Below, one piece after another: positions 26,918 through 35,881 of a stretch of 64,000 nucleotides of DNA. Made by a program: the position numbers and the translations under genes. The DNA lies in the NCBI GenBank assembly GCA_965203515.1, contig OZ241907.1:3392001-3456000 (forward strand), written 5' to 3'. Each line of letters begins with the position of its first letter. Position 1 is the stretch's first letter. The stretch is from Spirochaetia bacterium (GTDB lineage: Bacteria > Spirochaetota > Spirochaetia > SZUA-6 > Bin103). Under the pieces are notes generated by a model. The model was not told where the DNA came from. It saw nothing but the letters and a program-made list of their open reading frames with translations, and searched no databases.

Positions 26918-28357
26918 GTGGACGATAGACGTCGATCGGCTCGCGTCGGGCGCGCCGGTCGCGATCGAGTCGAAGCGTCGTTGCTGCTGACGTTGCATCG
27001 GGCCGCGTTGCGGGCGTTCAACAAGCGCTGGACGGTCTGGTGGGTCCTCCGCTCCCGGCTCCGATCGGCGCTGGGCGGTTGGCGACCGCGGCCGCCGCCG
27101 CATCAGGTACCGTCGCCGCGACGGTCCGGGAGCGGCGCCGCGCGCCGCCGCGCGATGCCGGGCGAATCGGCGCCCGCCTTCGATCTGCGGGCGGACAACC
27201 CGATTCACTGGCCGCGTGAGGTGGGCGGCCGGGTGGCGGCGCTGGGGCCGCTCGATCGGTTGCCGCCCGGCGTCAGGGCGGACTGCGCCGTCCGGCGCCG
27301 CGACCCGCTCCTGCTGCGCCGCTACCACCACGTGGAGGACGCGCCGGCGTTCCACGCCGATGCCGTCGCGCGGGCCGGCGACCTGGCCCGGCTGGCCGCC
27401 GCCGGCGTAGTGGTGCACGCGGCGGACGCCGACCCCCGGCTCGGGGCGCTGCTCGGCGCTGAACTCCATCGGCAGATGACCGCCGACGTCGACGCCCTCG
27501 ATGCCGGCGCGCGCGAGTTGCGCAGCATCGAAATGCGGCGCGCGGCGCTGCGGGGCCACTCTTCGTGGGCGCGCGTCACGGCCAACCTGCCGTACGTGTC
27601 GGTCCTGCTGGCGACGCGGCGCCCGGCGTGGTTGGCGCAGGCGCTCACCGCGGTGGCCGAGCAGTCCTATCCGCGGCTGGAGGTGGTGCTGGCGCTGCAC
27701 GGGAACGAAGCGGCGTTCGCCGGGGTCGAGCGGTGCGCGGCCGCGCAGCCGGTTCCCTGCCGGATCGTACGGGTGGCGGGCGGCGCTCCGCTCGGGGCGG
27801 CGCTGAACGCCGCGGTAAAGGCGGCCGACGGGGAGCTGTTGACCAAGATGGACGACGACGACCGATACGGCGCCGACCACGTCTGGGACCTGGTGCTCGC
27901 GCGCGAGTACTCGCGGGCGCAGTTGGTGGGCAAGGCCGCCGAGTTCATCTACCTTGCCGCGTCGGACCGGATGGTTCACCGCTTCGCCGGCGGGGGGGAG
28001 ACCTTCCGGTACTTCCTGATCGGCGGTACGCTGCTGATCGCCCGGAGCGACCTGGAGCGGGTCGGCGGCTGGCGGAACGTGCCGGCGCGAGAGGACTTGG
28101 GGTTGGTCGAGGACGTCCTGCGCGCCGGCGGAGCGGTATACCGGACCCACGGCGCCGGATTCGTACTGGTCCGACACGGCTACCGCCACGCCTGGGGAGC
28201 CGGCGACGACTACTTCCTGTCGGTCGCCGACCGCGTCCGCCGCGGCTGGAACCCGGCGATCGCCGGTCTCCCGGACCTGATTCCGCCGCCACCGGCCCCG
28301 CCGCCGCCGGCCTCGCCTCCGGCCCGGCCGTCCGCCCGCCGGACTCACCCTCCGTAA
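26918..28357 (+). CDS. GT2-family glycosyltransferase with N-terminal extension
   Basis: VSVLLATRRP, QSYP, LGAALN, KMDDDDRYG, GGTL, EDLGL; true start may be ATG 27154. Confidence 0.8.
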   Translation: MDDRRRSARVGRAGRDRVEASLLLTLHRAALRAFNKRWTVWWVLRSRLRSALGGWRPRPPPHQVPSPRRSGSGAARRRAMPGESAPAFDLRADNPIHWPREVGGRVAALGPLDRLPPGVRADCAVRRRDPLLLRRYHHVEDAPAFHADAVARAGDLARLAAAGVVVHAADADPRLGALLGAELHRQMTADVDALDAGARELRSIEMRRAALRGHSSWARVTANLPYVSVLLATRRPAWLAQALTAVAEQSYPRLEVVLALHGNEAAFAGVERCAAAQPVPCRIVRVAGGAPLGAALNAAVKAADGELLTKMDDDDRYGADHVWDLVLAREYSRAQLVGKAAEFIYLAASDRMVHRFAGGGETFRYFLIGGTLLIARSDLERVGGWRNVPAREDLGLVEDVLRAGGAVYRTHGAGFVLVRHGYRHAWGAGDDYFLSVADRVRRGWNPAIAGLPDLIPPPPAPPPPASPPARPSARRTHPP

Positions 28358-29531
28358 TCGCTGCGCCGTCTCGGCGTCCGGCGTGCGGGCTCATGCACAG
28401 GCCGATGACGGCCCACTGCAGCACGCCGATGCTCACGGCGTTCTGCAGCAGCGTGATGCCGAAGATGTTGGTGATGATCACGCTGGTCAGGACGGCGAGC
28501 CCCAGCGCCCGCAGCGCGCCGTCCGGCTGTCGGTGCAGCACGGTCCACAGCGACGCCAGGAGCAGGAAGAACGCGGCGAGCCCCACGGCGCCGGTCTGCA
28601 ATGCGATCTGCAGGAACTGGCTGTGCGTCGAGAACGTGATCTCCGACACGTCGCGCAGGATCGTGCCGGCGCCGTAGCCGAAGTACGGCTTCGCCAGGAT
28701 CAGATTGAGTACGATCGGCCAGAACAGCTCGCGAGGACTCCGCACCGACAGGCCGAGCGCGAAGGTCCCGCCCCCGACGATGCCCACGAGATATTGCGCC
28801 AGAGCCGCAAGAGAGAGGGTCGCGTAGATCGCGAACAGCAGCAGCGCGAGCAGCGGCAGATAAGCCAACCACGTGCCTCCCCGGCGGGTGTAGTAGAACC
28901 AGAGGAATGCCGGTATCAGTCCCAGGGCCGACGCGATCAGGACTCTGGCGGTCGCCGCATACGCTATCAGAAACGATCCCAGGACGGCGGCGCCGACCGC
29001 CAGCCACACCGGCGCCGCGCGCCGTCGAACCATGACGCACGCCAGCAGCAGGAAGACTTGCGCCAGCGCCGCGGCGTATTGATAGATCCGCCAGTGGAAC
29101 GTGGAGGTACCGATCTCGTCGCCCAACCGGTCATAGGGAAAGAAGACGATCCGCGCCGACAGCGCCGCTCCGGCGCAGACCAGCAAGACCGCGAAGCCGG
29201 TCGATCCGGACAGCCGTTCGCCGTACTGATAGATCGCGGCGAGGTAGACCGTGACGAGCAGGATCACGCCGGTATGGACCGCCGCGCGCGGGCTCAGGTC
29301 GCCCAGCGCGGAGGCCGCGTATACGGCGAACAGCGCGGCGAATGCGGTCAGGACCGGCCGAAAGCCGCGTGACAGGCTGCCGTCGAGCAGAAACGGCACC
29401 GCGCAGGAGGCCAGCGCGCCGGCGAGCAGGAGATCGCCGAGCGACGAGTCGAACAGGTCGGTGGCGGTATTCAACGCGGCGGCGAGCACCCCCAGAGAGA
29501 TCGTCACTGACGCGACGACCTGATGGCGCAT
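27945..29531 (-). CDS. O-antigen ligase/Wzy polymerase family membrane protein
   Basis: About 11-12 TM segments, R.LFW.....I..KPYFGYGAG, THSQFLQIALQTGAVG. Folded part ends near 28390 but the frame stays open to 27945. Confidence 0.8.
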   Translation of the reverse strand: MRHQVVASVTISLGVLAAALNTATDLFDSSLGDLLLAGALASCAVPFLLDGSLSRGFRPVLTAFAALFAVYAASALGDLSPRAAVHTGVILLVTVYLAAIYQYGERLSGSTGFAVLLVCAGAALSARIVFFPYDRLGDEIGTSTFHWRIYQYAAALAQVFLLLACVMVRRRAAPVWLAVGAAVLGSFLIAYAATARVLIASALGLIPAFLWFYYTRRGGTWLAYLPLLALLLFAIYATLSLAALAQYLVGIVGGGTFALGLSVRSPRELFWPIVLNLILAKPYFGYGAGTILRDVSEITFSTHSQFLQIALQTGAVGLAAFFLLLASLWTVLHRQPDGALRALGLAVLTSVIITNIFGITLLQNAVSIGVLQWAVIGLCMSPHAGRRDGAAITEGESGGRTAGPEARPAAAGPVAAESGPGDRRSPGSSRGGRGRRPTGSSRRRLPRRGGSRVGPVRIRRRGSGIPLRRRAGRPRPTPSPLAPARSASRRPAPGRSGRSAAYRRSGSTGRSPPRRRSGEPSGPTRQGR

Positions 29532-29548
29532 CGGCCGCGCACGTCCCG

Positions 29549-30754
29549 TCAGCGATCGCTCCAGCCGCGGATGGCGTTGAGGACCAGGGCCGCGACGATC
29601 CCGACCGCCAGGAACGCGAAGAACCCGAACATGAGTATCCGGCGTCGTGACGACGGACTGTCCCTCAGGTCCGGGACCTCCGGCCATTCCAGCACCTGAA
29701 AGATCGGCTCCTGCCCTTCGGCCTCGAGCTTTGCCAGCTCATACTCCCGCGACAGGAGCTTGAAGAGCTCGATCTGCACCGCTTGTTCGAGGCGCAGGCG
29801 GGCGAACTCCTGCGCCAATTCCGGCAGCTCGTCCTGCGCCGGGAGCTGGCCGTCGTACGCTTCGTATCCCGATTCCATCTCTTCGATGAGTTGGCGGAGG
29901 TTGTCGCGTTCGGCCCGCAGCACCCGCAGCGCCGGGTCGCTGTCCGGCGCCACCCCGGCATAGGTCTGTATCTCCACCTCCTGCAGCAGGAGCTGGGTGT
30001 TCAGGTCGGCCTTGCGGCGAACGTATTCCCGCGCCAGATCGTCGACGTTCAGCACGCCGTGGCGCTGCTGGAACTCCCTGATGCGCTCCGCATACTCCTC
30101 GATCTGCCCTTCCACTTCACCATGCCGCGCCTCGATCAGATCCCGCCTTTCTTTGCTCCGATCGATGCCGAGCTTGGCGAACCGCTCCCCGAGTATCTCT
30201 ACCAGACGCCTGACGACCGCTTCGGCAAAGACCGGATCGGCGCTCCGGTAGGAGATGCGCAGCAATCGCTCCGACTGGTTGGAATCGAACGTGGCCTTGG
30301 CCAGAAAACGCTTCCGGACCTCGCCGCGGACGTCCCTGATGATGTTGTAGCGCTCCGCCAGGCCGAAGTCTTCGGCGACCTGGTCGACGATCGTCTTGCT
30401 GTTCAGGAGGATCACGGCAAGCCGCATGTTGTTGACTTGCCCCGGCAGCAGGCCGGACAGGGCGGACGTGGTGAGCGCGCCGCTCCACACCGAATCGATG
30501 GCGGGCGCATTGGCCGCCCGGGGCACCAGGAGCAGCGCTTCGGCGCGATAGACGTCGGGCAGCGGATTCCGTTCATCGTCATCGGGAAGCACCACCGAGA
30601 GGATCAGGTAGGTCAATACCAGGGTCGTACCGGTCGCGGTGACGGCGACGATCAGCCAGCGGTACTGCCAGAGGATGCCGGCCAGGTACCGGAGATCGTA
30701 GGGGGCATCCGGCTCCGGTGACGGCGGCGCTCCCGCGCCGCGCGTGTCGTTCAT
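29549..30754 (-). CDS. Polysaccharide co-polymerase / chain-length determinant (Wzz/GumC-like, no kinase domain)
   Basis: DLRYL..ILWQYRWLI TM, PDVYRAEALLL, coiled coil, QVLEWPEVP...SPS followed by a C-terminal TM. Confidence 0.87.
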   Translation of the reverse strand: MNDTRGAGAPPSPEPDAPYDLRYLAGILWQYRWLIVAVTATGTTLVLTYLILSVVLPDDDERNPLPDVYRAEALLLVPRAANAPAIDSVWSGALTTSALSGLLPGQVNNMRLAVILLNSKTIVDQVAEDFGLAERYNIIRDVRGEVRKRFLAKATFDSNQSERLLRISYRSADPVFAEAVVRRLVEILGERFAKLGIDRSKERRDLIEARHGEVEGQIEEYAERIREFQQRHGVLNVDDLAREYVRRKADLNTQLLLQEVEIQTYAGVAPDSDPALRVLRAERDNLRQLIEEMESGYEAYDGQLPAQDELPELAQEFARLRLEQAVQIELFKLLSREYELAKLEAEGQEPIFQVLEWPEVPDLRDSPSSRRRILMFGFFAFLAVGIVAALVLNAIRGWSDR

Positions 30755-30788
30755 GTGCAGGATGATACCGGCGCGCGGCGGCGTCCTG

Positions 30789-31646
30789 CTACCGGCCGGC
30801 CGGTCCCGTGGGTGCGCGCTTGGCCCGGCGCAGGTACACGCCGCCGGCGACGCGGCGCGACGCGTCGCCGATGATCGACCGACACTCGCGGAACGCCGCG
30901 TCCAGCGTCCGTTCGCTCGCGGAGCTGAGCGCCGGGCGCTTGGCGGTCCGCAGCGGGACGAACAGCAGCCGCTGCAGGAACGTCGTGTCCTTGAGCGATT
31001 GCAGCGCGCGTCTGAACCCCAGGCGCCGCATGACGGTCCGTGCCAGAGTCGCGGCGCTGGCCAGCAGGAGGTTCCTGGACGCCACCGATTCGTTGACGGC
31101 CGGCGGCGTCCGGCGCGCGAACGGAGCGCTGCCGCAGAGCGACGCCAGGACGCCGAGACAGGACCGCGTGTCCCGCGTGAGGGCATCGAAGTCGATGCAC
31201 AACAGGTCGGCGTCGAGGGCCAGCAGACGGCGTACGGCGGCCGGGGTCAGGCGCTCCCGCACGATCCGCTTCTCCAGCATCCGGGGGCCCATCCAGACCG
31301 CGGGCCGGCCGCGGCTCTTGGCGTAGCGGATCATGGAGACGGCTCGGTCGCGGTGGTCGCGCAACAGCACCACCAGCAGCAGCCTGGCGCCGCGGCTGCG
31401 CAGCGCTTCGACGCCGCCGGTGAGCCGGGCGTCCCGGTAGGCCAGATTCGCGATGTCGACGAGGATGCGGCCCGAATCCGCCACCGAGCGGTGCAGGCGG
31501 TCGAACACGCGCGGCGACCGATAGTAGTAGCCCTCCTTGATCTCCGGGAACGAGAAGTCGGGGTGCCGCCTCAGTATCTCGTACAGGAAGGTGCTCCCTG
31601 ACCGGCCCGGTCCCACCACCAGCAGGTAGTCGTACCGCAGGCTCAT
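30789..31646 (-). CDS. Sulfotransferase-family protein
   Basis: 5'-PSB-like loop VVGPGRSGSTFLY..L..HP, KE..YY, 3'-PB-like LLRDHRDRAVS, late VNES. Confidence 0.78.
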   Translation of the reverse strand: MSLRYDYLLVVGPGRSGSTFLYEILRRHPDFSFPEIKEGYYYRSPRVFDRLHRSVADSGRILVDIANLAYRDARLTGGVEALRSRGARLLLVVLLRDHRDRAVSMIRYAKSRGRPAVWMGPRMLEKRIVRERLTPAAVRRLLALDADLLCIDFDALTRDTRSCLGVLASLCGSAPFARRTPPAVNESVASRNLLLASAATLARTVMRRLGFRRALQSLKDTTFLQRLLFVPLRTAKRPALSSASERTLDAAFRECRSIIGDASRRVAGGVYLRRAKRAPTGPAGR

Positions 31647-31666
31647 TGCCCGTGTCTCGTGGAGCT

Positions 31667-34117
31667 CTATGGGGCGGTCAGGACCAGGACCAGCGACACG
31701 ATCGACAGCATCAGCGACCCGACCGTGGCCACCGGCGCGATGATACTGCTCAGCACCGAAGAGTCTGCCGTCGGCACGAATATCTGGTCATCGGGCGCCA
31801 GCGGCGCGGACCGCTCCTTCCGCCGCCCCAGCCGGTCGATCACCGACACCCCGCCCGCGTCGCCGCCCGGACCGACGCCGCCGGCCAGCCGGACGTAGTA
31901 ACCGGCGTCCCGGCCCGGCAGATACGGGAACACGCCGGGAGCCCGCACGGCGCCGGCCACGGTGACCGCCAGCCGGCGCACCGGGATGACGATCGTGTCG
32001 TACGGATCGAGCGGCAGGTCGCCGTCCCGTGCCTCCGCGAACAGCAGCCGCTCCAGGTCGACCGGCAGGCGATCGGCGCCGCGCAGCACGTAGCCGGCGC
32101 GGAGGTCGGCATCGTCGCGGATGCTCTCGCGCAGGGGGAACAGGACGTCGAACGCGGTGGCGCCGCGGTGGTACGGCACCGCGCGCCGCGTGGTGCCGGT
32201 GGCCGCGGCGCCGGTGACGAGCTGCTGCTCGGTGGCGGTCTGCACCTGATCGACGTCCCCGCTCGTGCGCGTGGTGGTCACCGTCGTGGGGGCCGGCAGC
32301 GACAGCGCGCCTTCCACGTAGACGACCGGCACCGGCCGGCGGCGGACCGCCACGGCATCTTCGTCGCGCAACGGCGTGGCGCCGCCGGAGCGGAAGTCGA
32401 CGGCGATCGATCGCGGCGCGGCGCCGGGGCCGGTGATCTGCCGGGTGATCGTCACGCGGGACGGGTCGGCCTGCGCGGTGAGCCCTTCCCCGTACCGCTC
32501 GATCAACTCCGTGAGCTCCTCGCCGTCCAGGAGCTGGTAGGTTCCCGGCCTGCGGACTTCGCCGGCGAGCCGCACCTCCCGCCCGCGGGCGCGGAACGTG
32601 ACGGTCGCCCCCGGCGTCAACAGCGGGTTGTGGGCCAGTTCGCCGAACCGCCTCCAGCGAAACAGATCGTAGCTGCGCCGCCGGCCGTTCGCCAGCTCGA
32701 CGTCGATCCGGCGGATCGACGTCCAGGGCGTGCGAACCTCCGGCACGACGTCGTTCAATCGCGTCAGCGGGCTCACGGTGATCTGCTGCGCTCGGGTGAT
32801 CTCGCCGCGCAATGCCACCTCGAAACGCCGCGCCGGGATGATGATGCGGTCCAGGGGCGCAAGCTCGCGGTCGCCCGCGCGGGACCCGCCGTGCAGCAGC
32901 AGGTCCAGGTCGATCGGCTCCTCCGGCGCGCCGAGACGGGCAAAGACGGCGTTGGCCAGATCGGCGCCGGGGACGATCGATTCGCGTATCCGCGACAGGG
33001 CGTCGAACAGCGTCTCCCCCGGCCGGTACCGGTGGATGATCCGATCGCTCTCCGCCCCCACGGCTCCTTCGAAGAAGACCGCCGGCCGCAGCGTGTCCCG
33101 GCTGCCGACCGCCACGACGTCACCGTCGCGCAGCGGCGCGCCGGCCAGCTCCAGGTCCCACGCCGCGTAGCGGGTCGTGCCGCGTTCATCGGCCCGGTAC
33201 GCGCCGCTCGCCGGCAGCGGCGTGCCGTCGCAATCGAAGAGCGCGGCGGCCGCGGCGCCGCCGTCCGATCCCGGCGCGCGCGCCTCGCCCAGACTGTCGA
33301 TGCGCACCCGCTGCAGATCGGCTCGCGGCGTGAAGCCGTCGGCGAAGGCGACCAGGTCAGCGAGCCCTTCACGGTCCAGCAGCTGGTAGGCGCCGGGCCG
33401 CCGCACCTCGCCGCGGATCGTTACCGAACGCGCGCGCCGGCTCACGCAGATGCGGTCGCCCGGCTGCAGGTACGGGTCGTGCGACCGAACCCCGAACCGT
33501 TGCGCCCGGAACAGATCGAACACCTCGACGCCGTCGCCCCGCTCGATCCGTACGTCGCGCGCCGACGCGTGCTCGGTCAGTTGGCCGTCCAGGACCCCGC
33601 TCAGCCGGCTCAGCCCCCAGGCGGCGGCATGGTCGGCGGTCTCGACCGCGCCGCGCAGGTGCACCTCGAAGGTGCCGACGGCGGTCAGGAGCAGCGACGG
33701 ATTGCTGCCCGGATAGGCGTCCTTGACGAGCGCGACGGTCCGGCTCCGCAGGTCTTCGAACCGCATGCCGCGCCCGGCGAGCACCCCGAACGCGCCCAGG
33801 TCGACGGTGTAGTCGCCGCGCACGATGACCGGCTCGCTGAGGCGCGTGACCGCACCGGCGCGCGCCGCGGCGGCGGGCAGGTAGGAGAGGTGGTAGGTAT
33901 CGCCGGGCGTCACGGGGTATTCCGGCGTGGCGAGCGCCAGCGACAGCCGCTCCTGCGCCCGCTCCGCTGGCGACTGCTCCTGCGTCCGCTCCGGCGCGCG
34001 TTCCTGCGTCCGTACCTGTGGCGAGGTCGGTCCGGGCGCCGCCAGCAGGAGGGCGGCGGCGAGCAGGTACGCGGGCGCGCGGGGGCGGATCGCCGCCCCG
34101 GTCTCCCGGAACGTCAT
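31667..34117 (-). CDS. Multi-SLBB polysaccharide export protein (Wza/KpsD-like)
   Basis: Signal peptide, YPVTPGD, repeated GEVRRPG.YQL, L..GD.I/V and GAVRAPG SLBB units, C-terminal hydrophobic helix. Confidence 0.88.
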   Translation of the reverse strand: MTFRETGAAIRPRAPAYLLAAALLLAAPGPTSPQVRTQERAPERTQEQSPAERAQERLSLALATPEYPVTPGDTYHLSYLPAAAARAGAVTRLSEPVIVRGDYTVDLGAFGVLAGRGMRFEDLRSRTVALVKDAYPGSNPSLLLTAVGTFEVHLRGAVETADHAAAWGLSRLSGVLDGQLTEHASARDVRIERGDGVEVFDLFRAQRFGVRSHDPYLQPGDRICVSRRARSVTIRGEVRRPGAYQLLDREGLADLVAFADGFTPRADLQRVRIDSLGEARAPGSDGGAAAAALFDCDGTPLPASGAYRADERGTTRYAAWDLELAGAPLRDGDVVAVGSRDTLRPAVFFEGAVGAESDRIIHRYRPGETLFDALSRIRESIVPGADLANAVFARLGAPEEPIDLDLLLHGGSRAGDRELAPLDRIIIPARRFEVALRGEITRAQQITVSPLTRLNDVVPEVRTPWTSIRRIDVELANGRRRSYDLFRWRRFGELAHNPLLTPGATVTFRARGREVRLAGEVRRPGTYQLLDGEELTELIERYGEGLTAQADPSRVTITRQITGPGAAPRSIAVDFRSGGATPLRDEDAVAVRRRPVPVVYVEGALSLPAPTTVTTTRTSGDVDQVQTATEQQLVTGAAATGTTRRAVPYHRGATAFDVLFPLRESIRDDADLRAGYVLRGADRLPVDLERLLFAEARDGDLPLDPYDTIVIPVRRLAVTVAGAVRAPGVFPYLPGRDAGYYVRLAGGVGPGGDAGGVSVIDRLGRRKERSAPLAPDDQIFVPTADSSVLSSIIAPVATVGSLMLSIVSLVLVLTAP

Positions 34118-34164
34118 CGGCGCCGATCGTACCACACCGGCGCGGCGTTCCCGGTCTTCGCCTC

Positions 34165-34758
34165 TCAGGACGCTCCCGCGTCAGGAGCCGCCGCGATGAC
34201 GCCGCCTGCCGTCAGGGCGGCCGCGATCGCGCGGGCGGCGTCGTCGGGCGGCGTGCGCGTCGTGTCGATGACGATCTCCGGCGCGGCCGGCGTCTCGTAC
34301 GGGGACGACACGCCGGTGAAGTCGGCGATTTCGCCGCGCTGCGCCCTGGCGTACAGGCCCTTGGGATCGCGTCGCCGGCACTCGGCCAGCGGGCACCGCA
34401 CGTACACTTCGAAGAAGCGGCCGCCGGGCACCGCGGCGCGGGCGGCGTCGCGCGCCGCGGCGATCGGCGAAATCAGCGCGCAGATCACCACGTGCCCGGC
34501 GTCGAAGAACAGCCTTGCGGCGTGCGCGGCGCGCCGGACGTTCTCGCGCCGGTCGTCCATGGAGAAGCCCAGGTCCCCGCACAGGCCGTGCCGCAGGTCG
34601 TCGCCGTCGAGCACGGCCGCCGACACCCGCCGCCCGAACAGCATCCGCTCCAGGTGCGCGGCTATGGTCGACTTGCCGGCGCCGGACAGCCCGGTCAGCC
34701 ATACCACCGCCGCCCGATGGCCGTTGCGCGCCTCGCGATGCTCGCGCGTGACCGCCAT
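34165..34758 (-). CDS. cysC: Adenylyl-sulfate (APS) kinase
   Basis: WLTGLSGAGKST, LDGDDLR, DLGFS..DRREN, RDPKGLY, FTGVSSPYE.P. Confidence 0.95.
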   Translation of the reverse strand: MAVTREHREARNGHRAAVVWLTGLSGAGKSTIAAHLERMLFGRRVSAAVLDGDDLRHGLCGDLGFSMDDRRENVRRAAHAARLFFDAGHVVICALISPIAAARDAARAAVPGGRFFEVYVRCPLAECRRRDPKGLYARAQRGEIADFTGVSSPYETPAAPEIVIDTTRTPPDDAARAIAAALTAGGVIAAAPDAGAS

Positions 34759-34837
34759 CGCCCGCTCACCTTGGCCCGCCGCCGGGGCGCTGTCAATGCG
34801 AGGGGGCGCCCCGCTTCCTATGCTATGATCGGCCGCC

Positions 34838-35833
34838 GTGAGAACGTTCCGCGAGGCGCTGGCCGGCGGCGGGGTGCTGCTCTCCGACGGGGCCTTCGGC
34901 ACCGAGCTGTTTGCGCGCGGCGTAGACCTGCCGAACAGCGCGCTCGCCACCGAGCTCCGCCCGGACGTGGTGCGCGCGGTCACCGCCGAGTACGTCGCAG
35001 CGGGCAGCGATCTGGTGCAGACCAACACCTTCGTCGCCTCGCCGCTCCACCTGAAGATGGCCGGCCGCAGTGGCGCGGACGCCGGTCCGATCGTGCGCGC
35101 GGCGGTGCGGCTGGCGCGGGAGGCGGCGGCCGCGGCGGACCGCCCGGTCTACGTCGGCGGCAGCATCGGCCCGTCGCCGGGCGCGATCGAGGCGGACGCC
35201 GGCGACACGTCGTTCGGCATTCCCGACGTGGAGGTGCGCCGGGCGCATCGCGCGGTGGCCGGATCGCTGGCGGAGGCGGGCGCCGATCTGCTCTGCCTCG
35301 AGACGATGTTCTCCGCCACCGAGGCGGCGATCGCGGTCGACGAAGCGCGTGCGTTCGGCGTACCGATCGCGATCAACCTGACGCTCAAGTACACCCGCGA
35401 CCGGCGGAGCGGCGCGACCGTGTACCGCACCGACTGGGGCCACTCGGTCGGCGATCTGCTCGACCTGCTGGCGTCGGGCCGGTACAGCGCGGACGGCGGC
35501 GACCTGCTGCCGTTCGTGGACGTGATCGGCGTGAACTGCGGCGCCGAGCAACGCCGCGCCGAGCACACCGGCATGCCCTACGCCGTGGAGGCGATCCGCC
35601 AGCTCGCGGCTGCGCTGGCCGCGCGCGGCATCGCCGGCAAGATCCTGATGGCGTACCCCAACGCCGGCATGCCTCGCCTGACCGCCGGCGGCGTCCGCTA
35701 CGACCAGACCCCGGAGCGCATGGCGGCCGAGGCGCCGGCCGTGGTGGCGGCCGGCGCCTCGATCGTGGGCGGCTGCTGCGGCACCGGCCCCGCGCACGTC
35801 CGCGCCATCCGCGCCGCGCTGCTCGGCCGCTGA
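34838..35833 (+). CDS. Homocysteine S-methyltransferase family protein (stand-alone Zn-binding domain)
   Basis: DGAFGTEL, TNTF, GSIGP, LETM, GVNCG, YPNAG.P, GGCCGTGP.H. Confidence 0.9.
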   Translation: MRTFREALAGGGVLLSDGAFGTELFARGVDLPNSALATELRPDVVRAVTAEYVAAGSDLVQTNTFVASPLHLKMAGRSGADAGPIVRAAVRLAREAAAAADRPVYVGGSIGPSPGAIEADAGDTSFGIPDVEVRRAHRAVAGSLAEAGADLLCLETMFSATEAAIAVDEARAFGVPIAINLTLKYTRDRRSGATVYRTDWGHSVGDLLDLLASGRYSADGGDLLPFVDVIGVNCGAEQRRAEHTGMPYAVEAIRQLAAALAARGIAGKILMAYPNAGMPRLTAGGVRYDQTPERMAAEAPAVVAAGASIVGGCCGTGPAHVRAIRAALLGR

Positions 35834-35881
35834 AACCGCCGCCGCGCGTCCCGTCACGCCGCGGGCCGGTATACTGGATCG

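Noticed and set aside
23580..34800. Intact mobile element or prophage at the tRNA
   Set aside because: No integrase, transposase, phage genes or duplicated att site recognised
34838..35833. Complete cobalamin-dependent methionine synthase (metH)
   Set aside because: Only the homocysteine-binding domain is present; no pterin, B12-binding or reactivation domains follow
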